Below, piece after piece: positions 27,221 to 36,900 of a stretch of 37,383 bases of DNA. The notes beneath the pieces are model-generated. The model did no database searches. It was not told where the DNA came from and saw nothing but the letters and a program-made list of their open reading frames with translations. Made by a program: the position numbers and the translations under genes. Position 1 is the first letter of the stretch; each line of letters starts with the position of its first letter. This stretch comes from Hyphomicrobiales bacterium (GTDB lineage: Bacteria > Pseudomonadota > Alphaproteobacteria > Rhizobiales > JALURZ01). The DNA lies in contig JALURZ010000041.1 in assembly GCA_027058735.1 (NCBI GenBank), positions 1 through 37,383 on the forward strand, written 5' to 3'.

Positions 27221-30200
27221 TCAGTCCTCGCGCGCGGCGGCACCCAGCGACATCAGCGCCGCATTGCCGCCGGATGCGGTGGTGTCGGTGCTGGTCACCC
27301 GCTCGGTCGCGAAGCGTTGCAGATAGTGGGGTCCGCCCGCCTTGGGGCCGGTGCCCGACAACCGTTCGCCGCCGAACGGCTGCGCCCCAACCACCGCGCC
27401 GACCTGATTGCGGTTGATGTAGACATTGCCGACACGGACGCGTTCGCGGATTTCGCGCGCGGTGCGCTCGATGCGGGTATGAACCCCCAGGGTCAGCCCG
27501 AAACCGGTATCGTTGATCGCATCGCAGACCTTGCCGAGATGCCCGGCGGAATATGTGATGACATGCAGCACAGGCCCGAACACCTCATGGGTCAGGGGCT
27601 TCAGGTCATCCAGCCTGTAGGCCGCCGGGGAAACAAACGTGCCATGGCCGGTTTCGGGGGGCAGCGCCAGGTCCATCACGGTCGAACCCAGCGACGCCAT
27701 GCGCGCCTTGTGGGCGTTCAGCCTGTCGCGCGCGTCCTCATCGATGACCGGGCCCACGTCGGTTGCATAATCCAGCGGATCGCCGATCCGCAGTTCCTCC
27801 ATGGCTCCCTGCAGCATGGTGATGATTTTTCCCGCCACATCGTTCTGCACGAACAGAATGCGCGCGGCCGAACAACGCTGGCCGGCGCTGTCGAACGCGG
27901 AGCGCATGGCATCCGCGACGGCCTGTTCCGGCAGCGCGCTCGAATCCACGATCATCGCGTTCTGCCCGCCGGTCTCGGCGATCAGCGGCACGATCGCGCC
28001 GGCGCGCCGGGCGAGCGACCGGTTGATGATCGTGGCGGTCTCGTTGGACCCGGTGAAGGCCACGCCCGAAATGCGCGGATCGGCCACCAGTTTCGCGCCG
28101 ACGGCGCCCCCCTCCCCGGTAATCAGGTGCAAGACCTCGCCCGGCACGCCCGCCTCGTGCATCAGCCGGACCGCGACAGCGGCAACGAGTGGCGTCTGTT
28201 CGGCCGGTTTGGCGATCACTGCGTTGCCGGCGGCCAGCGCGGCGGCGACCTGGCCGGTGAAAATCGCGACCGGGAAATTCCACGGCGCGATGCAGGCAAA
28301 GACGCCGCGTCCGTGCAGGCGCATTTCGTTGCGCTCGCCCGTCGGGCCCGCCAGGGCCAGGGCTGCGGAAAAACCGGCCCGCGCCTGCGCTGCGTAGTAG
28401 CGCAGAAAATCGACCGCCTCGCGGACATCGTCCAGCGCATTCTGCAGGGTCTTGCCGGATTCATGGATGATGATGCCCATGAGCTCGCTCAGGCGGGCCT
28501 CATAGAGATCGGCGGCGCGTTCGAGAATGTCTGCGCGCGCATCGCCGCTGATACGGTCCCAGCCGCCCTGCGCCCCGCCCGCCGCCTTCAGCGCCGTGTC
28601 CAGCATCTTGTCATTGGCCGCGACCACCTCGCCCAGCGTGATGCGGCGGTCATGGGGGGCGGTGACCGGGCTGACGGGGCCGGAAAGCCGCTCGCCCGAT
28701 ATGATCGGCCCCGCATGATGGGGCCGCGACCGGGCGTCCGCGATCTCCGCCAGCAGCGCCAGACGCACCGCCTCATCCCACAGCGCCAATCCTTTCGAGT
28801 TGACGCGCGGGGCGAAGATCTCGCGCGGCAGCACGATCTGCGGATGCGCGATCTGCTTCAGCGCCGCGGTTTCCTCGACCGGATCGGCGATGATTTCGCG
28901 GATCGGCGCTTCGTCGTCCGCCAGCCGGTTGACGAAAGAGGTGTTGGCGCCGTTTTCCAGCAGGCGGCGCACCAGATAGGCGAGCAGATCTTCATGAGAG
29001 CCCACCGGCGCATAGACGCGGCAGGCAATGGCGAGCTTGTCCGCGCCAATCACCTCCTCATAGAGCGCCTGGCCCATGCCATGGAGGCGCTGGAACTCAA
29101 AATCGCGCGATGTGCCCGCCAGCACGCTGACGGCGGCCAGGGTATGGGCGTTGTGGGTGGCGAATTGCGCATAAAACCGGCGCCGGGCCTTGAGCAGATA
29201 TTTGACGCAGGCCAGATAGGAAACATCCGTGCTGGTCTTTCGGGTGAACACCGGATAGCCCGCAAGGCCATTTTCCTGGGCGCGTTTGATTTCGGTGTCC
29301 CAATAGGCACCCTTGACGAGGCGCAGCGGAATGCGCCGTCCGGTCGCCTGGGCCAGTCCGGCGAGCCATTCCAGAGCCGGCAGGGCGCGCTTGCCATAGG
29401 CCTGAACCGCAAGGCCCAGCCCGTCCCAGCCGGACAGCGCCGGCGCCACCGCCAGTTCGCCGAACAGCCCCAGCGACAGGTCGAGCCGCTCGACCTCTTC
29501 CGCATCGATCGTGAGACCGAGACCCGCGGCCTTGGCCTGCTCGCAGAGGCGCAGGACACGAGGCAGCAATTCCGCGCGCAGGCGCTCTGCTTTCGCCGGT
29601 TCGTAACGCGGGTGCAGCGCGGAGAGTTTGACCGATATGCTGGGCCGGGCGAAAATGCTGTCCCGCGGGCCCATGGGCCCGGCATGGCGCGCCACTTCCT
29701 CAACCGCCGTCTCGTAGGCCGCGAGATAGCGGGCCGCATCCCCGGCGGTCATGGCCGCTTCCCCCAGCATGTCGAAGGAGAACCGGTATCCGGCGTCCAT
29801 CTCCGGCGCCGCGGCGCCGAGCGCTTCGGTGATGGTGCGCCCGAGCACGAACTGCTTGCCCATGATGCGCATCGCATGGCGCATGGCCTGGCGGATGATG
29901 GGCTCGCCGGAGCGCGAGACCAGGCTTTTGAGATAGCCGGAAAAATCCTCAATTCTGTCCGCGCCCAGTTCGACCACCCGGCCGGTGAGCATCAGCCCCC
30001 AGGTCGAGGCGTTGACGAACAGCGAGTCCGACTTGCCCAGATGGCGTTGCCATTTCTGGCCGCCGATCTTGTCGGCGATCAGCCTGTCGGCGGTCCGCGC
30101 ATCGGGAATGCGCAACAGCGCCTCGGCCAGACACATCAGCACCACGCCCTCCTCGCTGGAAAGCGCATATTCGTTCATGAAGGCGTCGACGCCGCCGGCC

Positions 30201-30403
30201 TGGCGGCGGCCCGCGCGCACCGCATGCACCAGCCTGCGGGCCAGCGCCTCGATGTCCCCACGCGTGCCCGGCGCCACCCGCGCCTTCCTGACCAGCGAGC
30301 GCACGAGAACGGCTTCGTCCATCAAGGTGTAGTCCCACAGCGCGGAACGGTCGGGAACCCGCCGGCCCTTATCCCGGTTTTGCGGTTTGCCCTGCGCCGT
30401 CAT
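27221..30403 (-). CDS. putA: Bifunctional proline dehydrogenase / L-glutamate-gamma-semialdehyde dehydrogenase PutA
   Basis: 1060 aa with a PRODH barrel region followed by an ALDH domain carrying the catalytic Cys motif FDSAGQRCSAARIL. I saw no N-terminal ribbon-helix-helix. Confidence 0.95.
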   Translation of the reverse strand: MTAQGKPQNRDKGRRVPDRSALWDYTLMDEAVLVRSLVRKARVAPGTRGDIEALARRLVHAVRAGRRQAGGVDAFMNEYALSSEEGVVLMCLAEALLRIPDARTADRLIADKIGGQKWQRHLGKSDSLFVNASTWGLMLTGRVVELGADRIEDFSGYLKSLVSRSGEPIIRQAMRHAMRIMGKQFVLGRTITEALGAAAPEMDAGYRFSFDMLGEAAMTAGDAARYLAAYETAVEEVARHAGPMGPRDSIFARPSISVKLSALHPRYEPAKAERLRAELLPRVLRLCEQAKAAGLGLTIDAEEVERLDLSLGLFGELAVAPALSGWDGLGLAVQAYGKRALPALEWLAGLAQATGRRIPLRLVKGAYWDTEIKRAQENGLAGYPVFTRKTSTDVSYLACVKYLLKARRRFYAQFATHNAHTLAAVSVLAGTSRDFEFQRLHGMGQALYEEVIGADKLAIACRVYAPVGSHEDLLAYLVRRLLENGANTSFVNRLADDEAPIREIIADPVEETAALKQIAHPQIVLPREIFAPRVNSKGLALWDEAVRLALLAEIADARSRPHHAGPIISGERLSGPVSPVTAPHDRRITLGEVVAANDKMLDTALKAAGGAQGGWDRISGDARADILERAADLYEARLSELMGIIIHESGKTLQNALDDVREAVDFLRYYAAQARAGFSAALALAGPTGERNEMRLHGRGVFACIAPWNFPVAIFTGQVAAALAAGNAVIAKPAEQTPLVAAVAVRLMHEAGVPGEVLHLITGEGGAVGAKLVADPRISGVAFTGSNETATIINRSLARRAGAIVPLIAETGGQNAMIVDSSALPEQAVADAMRSAFDSAGQRCSAARILFVQNDVAGKIITMLQGAMEELRIGDPLDYATDVGPVIDEDARDRLNAHKARMASLGSTVMDLALPPETGHGTFVSPAAYRLDDLKPLTHEVFGPVLHVITYSAGHLGKVCDAINDTGFGLTLGVHTRIERTAREIRERVRVGNVYINRNQVGAVVGAQPFGGERLSGTGPKAGGPHYLQRFATERVTSTDTTASGGNAALMSLGAAARED

Positions 30404-30595
30404 CCTGCCATCTCCCCTGTCTCACATGCCCGACAATATGCCTGATAATGCCACAACGCGGGTGGCGGATCCGACTATCTGATAGCTGCTCGTGTTTCGT
30501 CATGGAAGAGGTCATGCAAACGCGCCTGTTGCCTTTGTCGGCAAAGCAGGGTTGAGTGCGGCTCGCTGATTGAGCGCCACAAACGGATCACGAGA

Positions 30596-31459
30596 ATGGC
30601 CCGACCGTTGCCGGTTGTTCGCACTGTCAAGGACCTGCGCGCCCAGGTCGTGGACTGGCGCAAAGCCGGACATTCCATAGCGCTGGTGCCGACCATGGGG
30701 GCGCTGCATGAAGGGCACTTGTCGCTCATCGATCTGGCGCGGCGACATGCGGCGCGCACCGTTGTGTCCATTTTCGTCAACCCCTCCCAGTTCGGCGAAA
30801 ACGAAGACCTCGACAGCTATCCCCGCGACGAACGGCGCGATTGCGCGCTGATTGCCGGGCGCCGGGGCGATCTGGTGTTCGCGCCCGCTATCGGGGAAAT
30901 GTATGGCGAGGGTTTCGCCACCACGGTCGATGTGCCCGCGCTCAGCGCACCGCTGTGCGGCGCATCGCGGCCCGGGCATTTTGTCGGCGTCGCCACGGTG
31001 GTCGCCAAACTGCTCAATCAGGCGCGCCCCGACTACGCGGTATTTGGCGAAAAGGACTACCAGCAATTGCTGGTGATCCGGCGTCTGGCCAGCGATCTCG
31101 ATATCCAGACCGAAATACTCGGCGCGCCGATCGTGCGCGAAGACGACGGGCTGGCGCTGTCCTCGCGCAACCAGTATCTGAACGAACGGGAACGCGCGCT
31201 GGCGCCGCAGTTCCACAAGACGCTGCGCACCGTGGCCGAGCAGATCGCCACAGGTTCGCGAACGGGACAGGCTGCAAACTGGGGCGCGCGCGTGTTGTCG
31301 CAATCCGGCTTCAGGGTCGACTATGTCGATGTGTGCGACGGCGCGACGCTGGAGCGCATCACCGGGCGGCCCGGATCCAGGGCGGCCGCACGGGTGTTTG
31401 GCGCGGTCTATCTGCGCCAGACCCGCCTGATCGACAATGTGCCGGTGGACCGTGCCTAG
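30596..31459 (+). CDS. panC: Pantoate--beta-alanine ligase
   Basis: 287 aa containing PTMGALHEGHLSLI (HxGH motif), SIFVNPSQFG and FGEKDYQQL. Confidence 0.95.
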   Translation: MARPLPVVRTVKDLRAQVVDWRKAGHSIALVPTMGALHEGHLSLIDLARRHAARTVVSIFVNPSQFGENEDLDSYPRDERRDCALIAGRRGDLVFAPAIGEMYGEGFATTVDVPALSAPLCGASRPGHFVGVATVVAKLLNQARPDYAVFGEKDYQQLLVIRRLASDLDIQTEILGAPIVREDDGLALSSRNQYLNERERALAPQFHKTLRTVAEQIATGSRTGQAANWGARVLSQSGFRVDYVDVCDGATLERITGRPGSRAAARVFGAVYLRQTRLIDNVPVDRA

Positions 31460-31873
31460 CTAGAGCAGGCCCAGTTCGGCGAGTTCAGCCCGCATGACCG
31501 GCGCCAGGTCGTTGTCGCCGCCGGACTCGAGATCGCGCGGGGCGTCCTCCCGGGTCAGATAGCGCCACCCCTGAAAGGCGCGGCGGCGGCGGGGATGGGT
31601 CAGCACCCGTTCGCGGTCGTAAACCAGCCGGCAGCGGCCGATGCCCTCATCGTCCCGAAACCGCTCGATGGCGATCAGCCGCTGGCGCACCAGGATCCGC
31701 CCCCCGATGACCCAGTAGAGCGAGCCGCCATCGAGCAATTCACCGGTCCGGCGCGGCGTCATGCGGGTGACATGATAAAGCCGTCCCTGCCGCTCCCAGC
31801 GCAGATCCTGCAACCGGGCGAGGTGGTTGACATCCCTCACCCCGACACACAGCTTTACCAGATTGAGCGCCAT
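31460..31873 (-). CDS. DUF1489 family protein
   Basis: 137 aa from ATG 31873. It contains MALNLVKLCVGV, HVTRMTPRRTGELLDGGSLYWVIGGRILVRQRLIAIE and GRCRLVYD, the family signature as I recall it. Confidence 0.75.
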   Translation of the reverse strand: MALNLVKLCVGVRDVNHLARLQDLRWERQGRLYHVTRMTPRRTGELLDGGSLYWVIGGRILVRQRLIAIERFRDDEGIGRCRLVYDRERVLTHPRRRRAFQGWRYLTREDAPRDLESGGDNDLAPVMRAELAELGLL

Positions 31874-31889
31874 ATCCCCGCCGGCTCCC

Positions 31890-33224
31890 TTACGCGCCGT
31901 CCTCTTCGGGCAGCAGCAGATTGAGAACGAAGCCCAGCACCGCCACCGGGATGATCGGCGTGGCCACGAGCAGTTTGAGCGTCGGCGCCATGCCGGCGGT
32001 GAACTCGGGCACCGCATAGATGCCCCAGCCGACAGCCAGGGACACCGCGATGATCATCAGGTTGCGCCGGGTGAGCGGCGCCCGGGAAATCAGCTTGATG
32101 CCCGAGGCCGTCACCAGCCCGAACATCATGATCGCCGCGCCGCCGAACACCGGATTGGGGATCGCGGTGATCAGCGCGCCGAATTTGGGCACCAGCCCCG
32201 CCGCGATCAGCACGAGACCCGAAATGGTCACCACATGGCGGCTCATGACCCCGGTATAAGCGATCAGCCCCACATTCTGGCTGAACGATGTATTGGGCAT
32301 GGCGTTGCCGAGCGCGGCGACGAGGGTGCCCAGGCCATCGGCCAGAATGCCGCCCTTGATTTCCTTCTTCGTTGCCTCGCGGCCCGCGCCGCCGACCGTT
32401 ATGCCGGAAATATCGCCGATCGTTTCCACCGTCGTGACAAACGCCATGATGGCCATGACGAGAATCATGGCGCCGGAAAACTCGATGCCGAACTGAAGCG
32501 GGCTGGGGATGGCGAACCAGGACGCATTGACGATGCTGTCAACCTTCACCAGCCCCATGGGCCAGCCGATCAGATAGCCCGCGACAATGGCGATAAAGAC
32601 GCCGGACGCGCCGATGAAGCCGGCAAACATGGTGCGCAGCGCGATGGCGATCGCGAGCACGAAGGCGGCCAGCGCAATATAGTACCAGGCGCCGAAATCG
32701 GGCAGCAGCCGAGGCACCGGATGGCCCCCCGTATACCGGATCGAGACCGCCAGCAATGTGGCGCCGATGGTGAGCACGACGAGGCCGGATATCAGCGGCG
32801 GAATATATCTGCGCACGGAGTCCACGAACATCGCCAGGATGATCTGAAAAATCCCGTTGAGCACCGCGGCGCCCAGAACGCCGGCCATTCCCATCGTCTT
32901 GCCGATGCCGATCAGCGGCCCGAGAAAGGCGAAGCTCGTGCCCTGAACCACCGGCAGGCGCGCGCCCACCGGCCCGATGCCGATGGTCTGGAACAGGGTC
33001 GCAACGCCGGCCATCAGCATCGCCGCCTGCACCAGGAAAATCTTCTGCTCAATATCCAGCCCCAGCGCATTGCCGATGATGAACGGCACGGCGATATTGC
33101 CGACCAGCATGGCCATGACGTGCTGAATGCCGAGGGGCACCGCCTCTTTGATGGGCGGCATATAGTTCGGGTCCTGCATTGGATCCGGTTCGATCCCGGT
33201 CCTTTTTTCCAGTTTCTTCGCCAT
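31890..33224 (-). CDS. Nucleobase:cation symporter-2 (NCS2) family permease (xanthine/uracil-type)
   Basis: Polytopic membrane protein starting at ATG 33224, preceded by GGAAGAGGGGA. It contains PLGIQHVMAMLVGNIAVP, FSQNVGLIAYTGV and PNPVFGGAAIMMFG. Confidence 0.88.
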   Translation of the reverse strand: MAKKLEKRTGIEPDPMQDPNYMPPIKEAVPLGIQHVMAMLVGNIAVPFIIGNALGLDIEQKIFLVQAAMLMAGVATLFQTIGIGPVGARLPVVQGTSFAFLGPLIGIGKTMGMAGVLGAAVLNGIFQIILAMFVDSVRRYIPPLISGLVVLTIGATLLAVSIRYTGGHPVPRLLPDFGAWYYIALAAFVLAIAIALRTMFAGFIGASGVFIAIVAGYLIGWPMGLVKVDSIVNASWFAIPSPLQFGIEFSGAMILVMAIMAFVTTVETIGDISGITVGGAGREATKKEIKGGILADGLGTLVAALGNAMPNTSFSQNVGLIAYTGVMSRHVVTISGLVLIAAGLVPKFGALITAIPNPVFGGAAIMMFGLVTASGIKLISRAPLTRRNLMIIAVSLAVGWGIYAVPEFTAGMAPTLKLLVATPIIPVAVLGFVLNLLLPEEDGA

Positions 33225-33447
33225 CGCAATCCCCTCTTCCGCGGCGCGCCATACGCGCGCGTTCGCAAAGTATAGACTGCGAATCGGGTCGCGCCAAAGG
33301 CCGCGGCCCGCCTTGTGGAAACCTGGCGGCGGACAGGGCCGGGAAAACGCGGCGGCGGCCAAGTCTTCCCTTGCTCACCGCCGTCGGCAGCGGCTATGGC
33401 TGTAGGGGTTCTGATTCGTCTTGGGTTTTACGTTCGTTACGCGCCCC

Positions 33448-35481
33448 ATGGCCAATACGCCGGACCTGTTTGAAGACCAGCCCGCACGCGGTGATCCGCC
33501 CGCCGGGCCGCGCCGCGCGCGCCATCCCGCGCGCGGCCGCGAAGAGGCCTATACCGCCGCCGATATCGAAGTGCTTGAGGGCCTTGAGCCGGTGCGCCGC
33601 CGGCCGGGCATGTATATCGGCGGCACCGATGAACGCGCGATGCACCACCTGTTCGCCGAAGTCATCGACAATTCAATGGACGAGGCCGTGGCCGGTCACG
33701 CCGACCGGATCGAGGTGACGCTGGAAGACGACGGTTTCTTGAGCATCACGGATAACGGCCGGGGCATTCCGGTCGATCCGCACCCCAAATACAACAACAA
33801 GACCGCCCTGGAAGTCATCATGACCACGCTGCACGCGGGCGGCAAATTCGACAGCGGGGTCTACGATACCTCCGGCGGTCTCCACGGGGTCGGCGTGTCG
33901 GTGGTCAACGCCCTGTCTGAAACCCTTGAGGTGGAGATCGCCCGCGGCCAGACGCTGTATCGCCAGTCCTACACAAGGGGCGAGCCGGACGGCAAAGTCG
34001 AAAATCTGGGCAAGGTGCACAACCGCCGCGGCACCCGCGTGCGGTTTCGTCCCGACCCGGAAATTTTCGGCCAGAACGCGGCCTTCCGTCCGGCGACGCT
34101 GTACCGGATGGCGCGCGCCAAGGCCTATCTGTTCGGCGGCGTCGAGATCCGCTGGTCGTGCGCCGCCGCGCTGATCGGCGACAAGGATCAGACCCCTGAA
34201 AAAGCGGTGCTGCATTTTCCCGGCGGCCTGAAAGACTATCTTGCCGAACGCATCGAGGGGCGGGTGCTGGTGACCGGCGATTTTTTTTCCGGACAGGTCG
34301 GAAAGCCCGGCCGGCATGGCTGTGTGGAATGGGCGGTCGCCTGGTATGGCGGCGCGGAGGAGTTTCTCAATTCCTACTGCAACACGGTGCCGACCACCCA
34401 TGGCGGCACCCATGAAGCGGGCCTGCGCATGGCGCTGAGCCGGGGCCTCAAGGCTTATGGCGAATTGTCCGGCAACAAGAAGGCCGCCCGTATCACCACC
34501 GATGACGTGATGGCGTCGGCGGGCGTCATCCTTTCGGTGTTCATCCGCGAACCGGAGTTTCAGGGCCAGACCAAGGACAAACTGGCGACCAGCGAAGCCA
34601 CCCGCATCGTCGAGAGCGCCGTCCGCGATCATTTCGACCACTGGCTGACCGGCCAGCCGCTGCAGGCCAACAAGCTGCTCGACTGGGTCATCATGCGCGC
34701 TGATGAGCGCATCGCGCGGCGCCGGGAACGCGAGGTCAACCGCAAGTCGGCGGTGCGCAAGCTGCGTCTGCCCGGCAAGCTGGCCGATTGCTCGCAGCAG
34801 GCCGCGGAGGGCACGGAACTGTTTATCGTGGAAGGCGACAGCGCCGGGGGATCGGCCAAACAGGGCCGCGACCGCAAGATTCAGGCCGTGCTGCCATTGC
34901 GCGGAAAAATCCTCAATGTCGCCAACGCCACCACGGCCAAGATTTCCCAGAACCAGCAGATTGCCGATCTCGTTCAGGCCCTGGGATGCGGCACCGGCGC
35001 GCAGTATTCGGAAAGCGATCTGCGCTATGAAAAAATAATCATCATGACCGATGCCGATGTGGACGGGGCGCATATCGCATCCCTGCTGATGACTTTCTTC
35101 TTTCGCCAAATTCCACAACTCATTGAAAACAAACACCTCTACCTTGCCATACCGCCGCTATACCGGCTGGCGCAGGGCGGCAAGGTGGCCTATGCGCGCG
35201 ACGATGCGCACAGGGACGAACTGCTGAAATCGGAATTCGACGCCCGCAAGAAACTGGAGATCAGCCGTTTCAAGGGATTGGGCGAAATGCTGCCCCGCCA
35301 GCTCAAGGAGACCACCATGATGCCGGCGAGCCGTACATTGCTGCGCGTGCAGATCGCCAGCGAGGAGGCCGGCGCCACGCAGGACGCCGTAAGCCGGCTG
35401 ATGGGGAACAAGCCGGACGCCCGCTTCCGGTTCATTCAGGAACGCGCCCGGTTCGTCGGCAATGACGAACTGGATATCTGA
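33448..35481 (+). CDS. parE: DNA topoisomerase IV subunit B
   Basis: It has a GHKL ATPase region (EVIDNSMDEA, DNGRGIP, GLHGVGVSVVNALS) and a TOPRIM region (ELFIVEGDSAGGSAKQGRDR, PLRGKILNV, IMTDADVDGAHI). Its size and the absence of the GyrB insertion favour ParE. The start is ATG 33448 or TTG 33421. Confidence 0.88.
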   Translation: MANTPDLFEDQPARGDPPAGPRRARHPARGREEAYTAADIEVLEGLEPVRRRPGMYIGGTDERAMHHLFAEVIDNSMDEAVAGHADRIEVTLEDDGFLSITDNGRGIPVDPHPKYNNKTALEVIMTTLHAGGKFDSGVYDTSGGLHGVGVSVVNALSETLEVEIARGQTLYRQSYTRGEPDGKVENLGKVHNRRGTRVRFRPDPEIFGQNAAFRPATLYRMARAKAYLFGGVEIRWSCAAALIGDKDQTPEKAVLHFPGGLKDYLAERIEGRVLVTGDFFSGQVGKPGRHGCVEWAVAWYGGAEEFLNSYCNTVPTTHGGTHEAGLRMALSRGLKAYGELSGNKKAARITTDDVMASAGVILSVFIREPEFQGQTKDKLATSEATRIVESAVRDHFDHWLTGQPLQANKLLDWVIMRADERIARRREREVNRKSAVRKLRLPGKLADCSQQAAEGTELFIVEGDSAGGSAKQGRDRKIQAVLPLRGKILNVANATTAKISQNQQIADLVQALGCGTGAQYSESDLRYEKIIIMTDADVDGAHIASLLMTFFFRQIPQLIENKHLYLAIPPLYRLAQGGKVAYARDDAHRDELLKSEFDARKKLEISRFKGLGEMLPRQLKETTMMPASRTLLRVQIASEEAGATQDAVSRLMGNKPDARFRFIQERARFVGNDELDI

Positions 35482-35490
35482 AGACCGCCG

Positions 35491-36159
35491 CTATCCCTGC
35501 CGCAGCGGCGTCAGCCGGATTTCCACCCGCCGGTTCAGCGCGCGGCCCTCGCGGGTCGCGTTGGTGGCAATCGGACGGGACTTGCCATAGCCGCGAATCT
35601 GGATCCGCCGGGGATCGACCTGGCGCGCCGACAGAAAATCCGCAACCGATCTGGCGCGCCGGTCCGAAAGTTCCAGATTGGCCTGTTCAGAGCCGATACT
35701 GTCGGTGTGCCCTTCAATATCGATCAGCGTGCGGTCATATTCCTTGACCACCAGCACCACCGAATTGAGAACCTCGTAGAACCGGGGCTTGATTTCGGCG
35801 CGATTGAAGTCGAACGTCACATTGCCCGGCATGTTCAAGATGATGTAGTCGCCGTCGCGGGTCACGCTCACCCCGGTGTTCTGCAACCGGCGGCGAAGAT
35901 CGGCTTCCTGGCGGTCCATATAGGCGCCGACGCCGGCTCCCGTCAGCGCCCCGAGACCGGCGCCGACCAGTATGGCGGTACGGCTCTTGACCCCCGATGC
36001 TTCGCCGACAACAGCACCGACGCCCGCGCCCAGCAGGCCGCCCAGCAGGCCGCCCTTGCCGGCGCTGGACATTTTTTCCTCGCCCGTGAACGGATCGGTC
36101 GTACAGCCTGTTACCGCAAGCGCGAGAGCCACGCATGCCAGGGTCCGGCTTACCTTCAT
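35491..36159 (-). CDS. OmpA-family lipoprotein with a Gly-zipper region
   Basis: It has a lipobox (LALAVTGC), a Gly-rich GGLLGGLLGAGVGAVVG segment and an OmpA C-like domain (GHTDSIGSEQANLELSDRRARSVADFL). I prefer ATG 36159 because GAGG lies 9 nt upstream, against ATG 36168. Confidence 0.88.
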   Translation of the reverse strand: MKVSRTLACVALALAVTGCTTDPFTGEEKMSSAGKGGLLGGLLGAGVGAVVGEASGVKSRTAILVGAGLGALTGAGVGAYMDRQEADLRRRLQNTGVSVTRDGDYIILNMPGNVTFDFNRAEIKPRFYEVLNSVVLVVKEYDRTLIDIEGHTDSIGSEQANLELSDRRARSVADFLSARQVDPRRIQIRGYGKSRPIATNATREGRALNRRVEIRLTPLRQG

Positions 36160-36336
36160 GACAGTCATCCTCGTTGCCAGGCGGCCCGCCAGGAGCGGAG
36201 CCGCAAAAAAAAATCCCGCTGTGGCGGCCCCTGCAACGCCACGTCACTGTAAACTGCGCGAATACGGCAGAATGATGATGCCGGTCAAGGGCTTGAATGG
36301 GGAAAAGCCGGATTTTCGCGGCGCGGCGGAAACACG

Positions 36337-36372
36337 AAAACCCGCCGCCTGGATGTTCGGGCAGCGGGTTTT
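36337..36372 (-). terminator. Intrinsic terminator downstream of the small exported-peptide gene
   Basis: The minus strand reads AAAACCCGC...GCGGGUUUU followed by CGUGUUUCC, about 28 nt after the stop at 36400. The flanking A and U tracts are symmetric, so it could act bidirectionally. Confidence 0.6.
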
Positions 36373-36399
36373 CCAGCATCGCTGAAGCCGCACAGGCCC

Positions 36400-36651
36400 T
36401 CAGCAATATGTCCGCCAGACCCATCTTTTGTGCATGTGGCGATGGCGCACATGCCAGAATTTCACGAGCACGCGCCGCGGGGCGCAGTAATAGCCGCCAT
36501 AAAAGCCGCCATAATAGCCGCCGAAATGGGCGAGGCCGCCGAAGCTGAGATTGACGCTGACGCCGGCATTGGCCTGGGGGGTATTGATGGCGCTCGCGCC
36601 GAGGGTGATGGCGAGCGCGGCGGCGGAAGTCAGAATAGCGTTCTTGAACAT
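36400..36651 (-). CDS. Small exported Gly/Tyr-rich, His/Arg/Trp-rich peptide (unassigned family)
   Basis: AAGGAG lies 7 nt upstream of ATG 36651. The signal peptide is MFKNAILTSAAALAITLGASAINTPQANA. The mature 54 aa are GVSVNLSFGGLAHFGGYYGGFYGGYYCAPRRVLVKFWHVRHRHMHKRWVWRTYC. The gene has its own terminator. Confidence 0.65.
   Translation of the reverse strand: MFKNAILTSAAALAITLGASAINTPQANAGVSVNLSFGGLAHFGGYYGGFYGGYYCAPRRVLVKFWHVRHRHMHKRWVWRTYC
36487..36522. repeat. Three tandem 12-nt repeats inside the small peptide gene
   Basis: The units are GTAATAGCCGCC, ATAAAAGCCGCC and ATAATAGCCGCC, followed by a degenerate unit. They encode the GGYY/GGFY/GGYY repeats on the minus strand. Confidence 0.85.
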
Positions 36652-36900
36652 GGGGGCTCTCCTTGGTCCAGACTCGACTTGTTCGAGTTGCGCGTTTCGG
36701 CGATCGAATGTCGCCTCTGCACATCAGACGCGCAACAAGCGGGAAAGGTTCAGATTTTTTTTGGATTGCGCCAACCGCCGCACCGAACATGGCAGACCGC
36801 AAGGCCCCGTGCACGGACTGCGGCACTCGCCGGCGCCTGCCCTGCTCCAGGTCTCTATCCGCATCCCGCCCCGGTCAAATCCGCCGGTAACGCACTGGCC

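Noticed and set aside
27212-30445. A 1077-aa ORF on the plus strand opposite putA.
   Set aside because: This is the same shadow-ORF phenomenon. Its boundaries mirror putA, its composition is Arg/Gly/Ala/Asp/His-rich, and it has no domain signatures.
33225-33447. A purine or other riboswitch in the leader of the NCS2 nucleobase permease.
   Set aside because: The minus-strand leader lacks the conserved purine-riboswitch junction and loop sequences I know, and it is GC-rich without an obvious three-way junction. This was judged by eye only.
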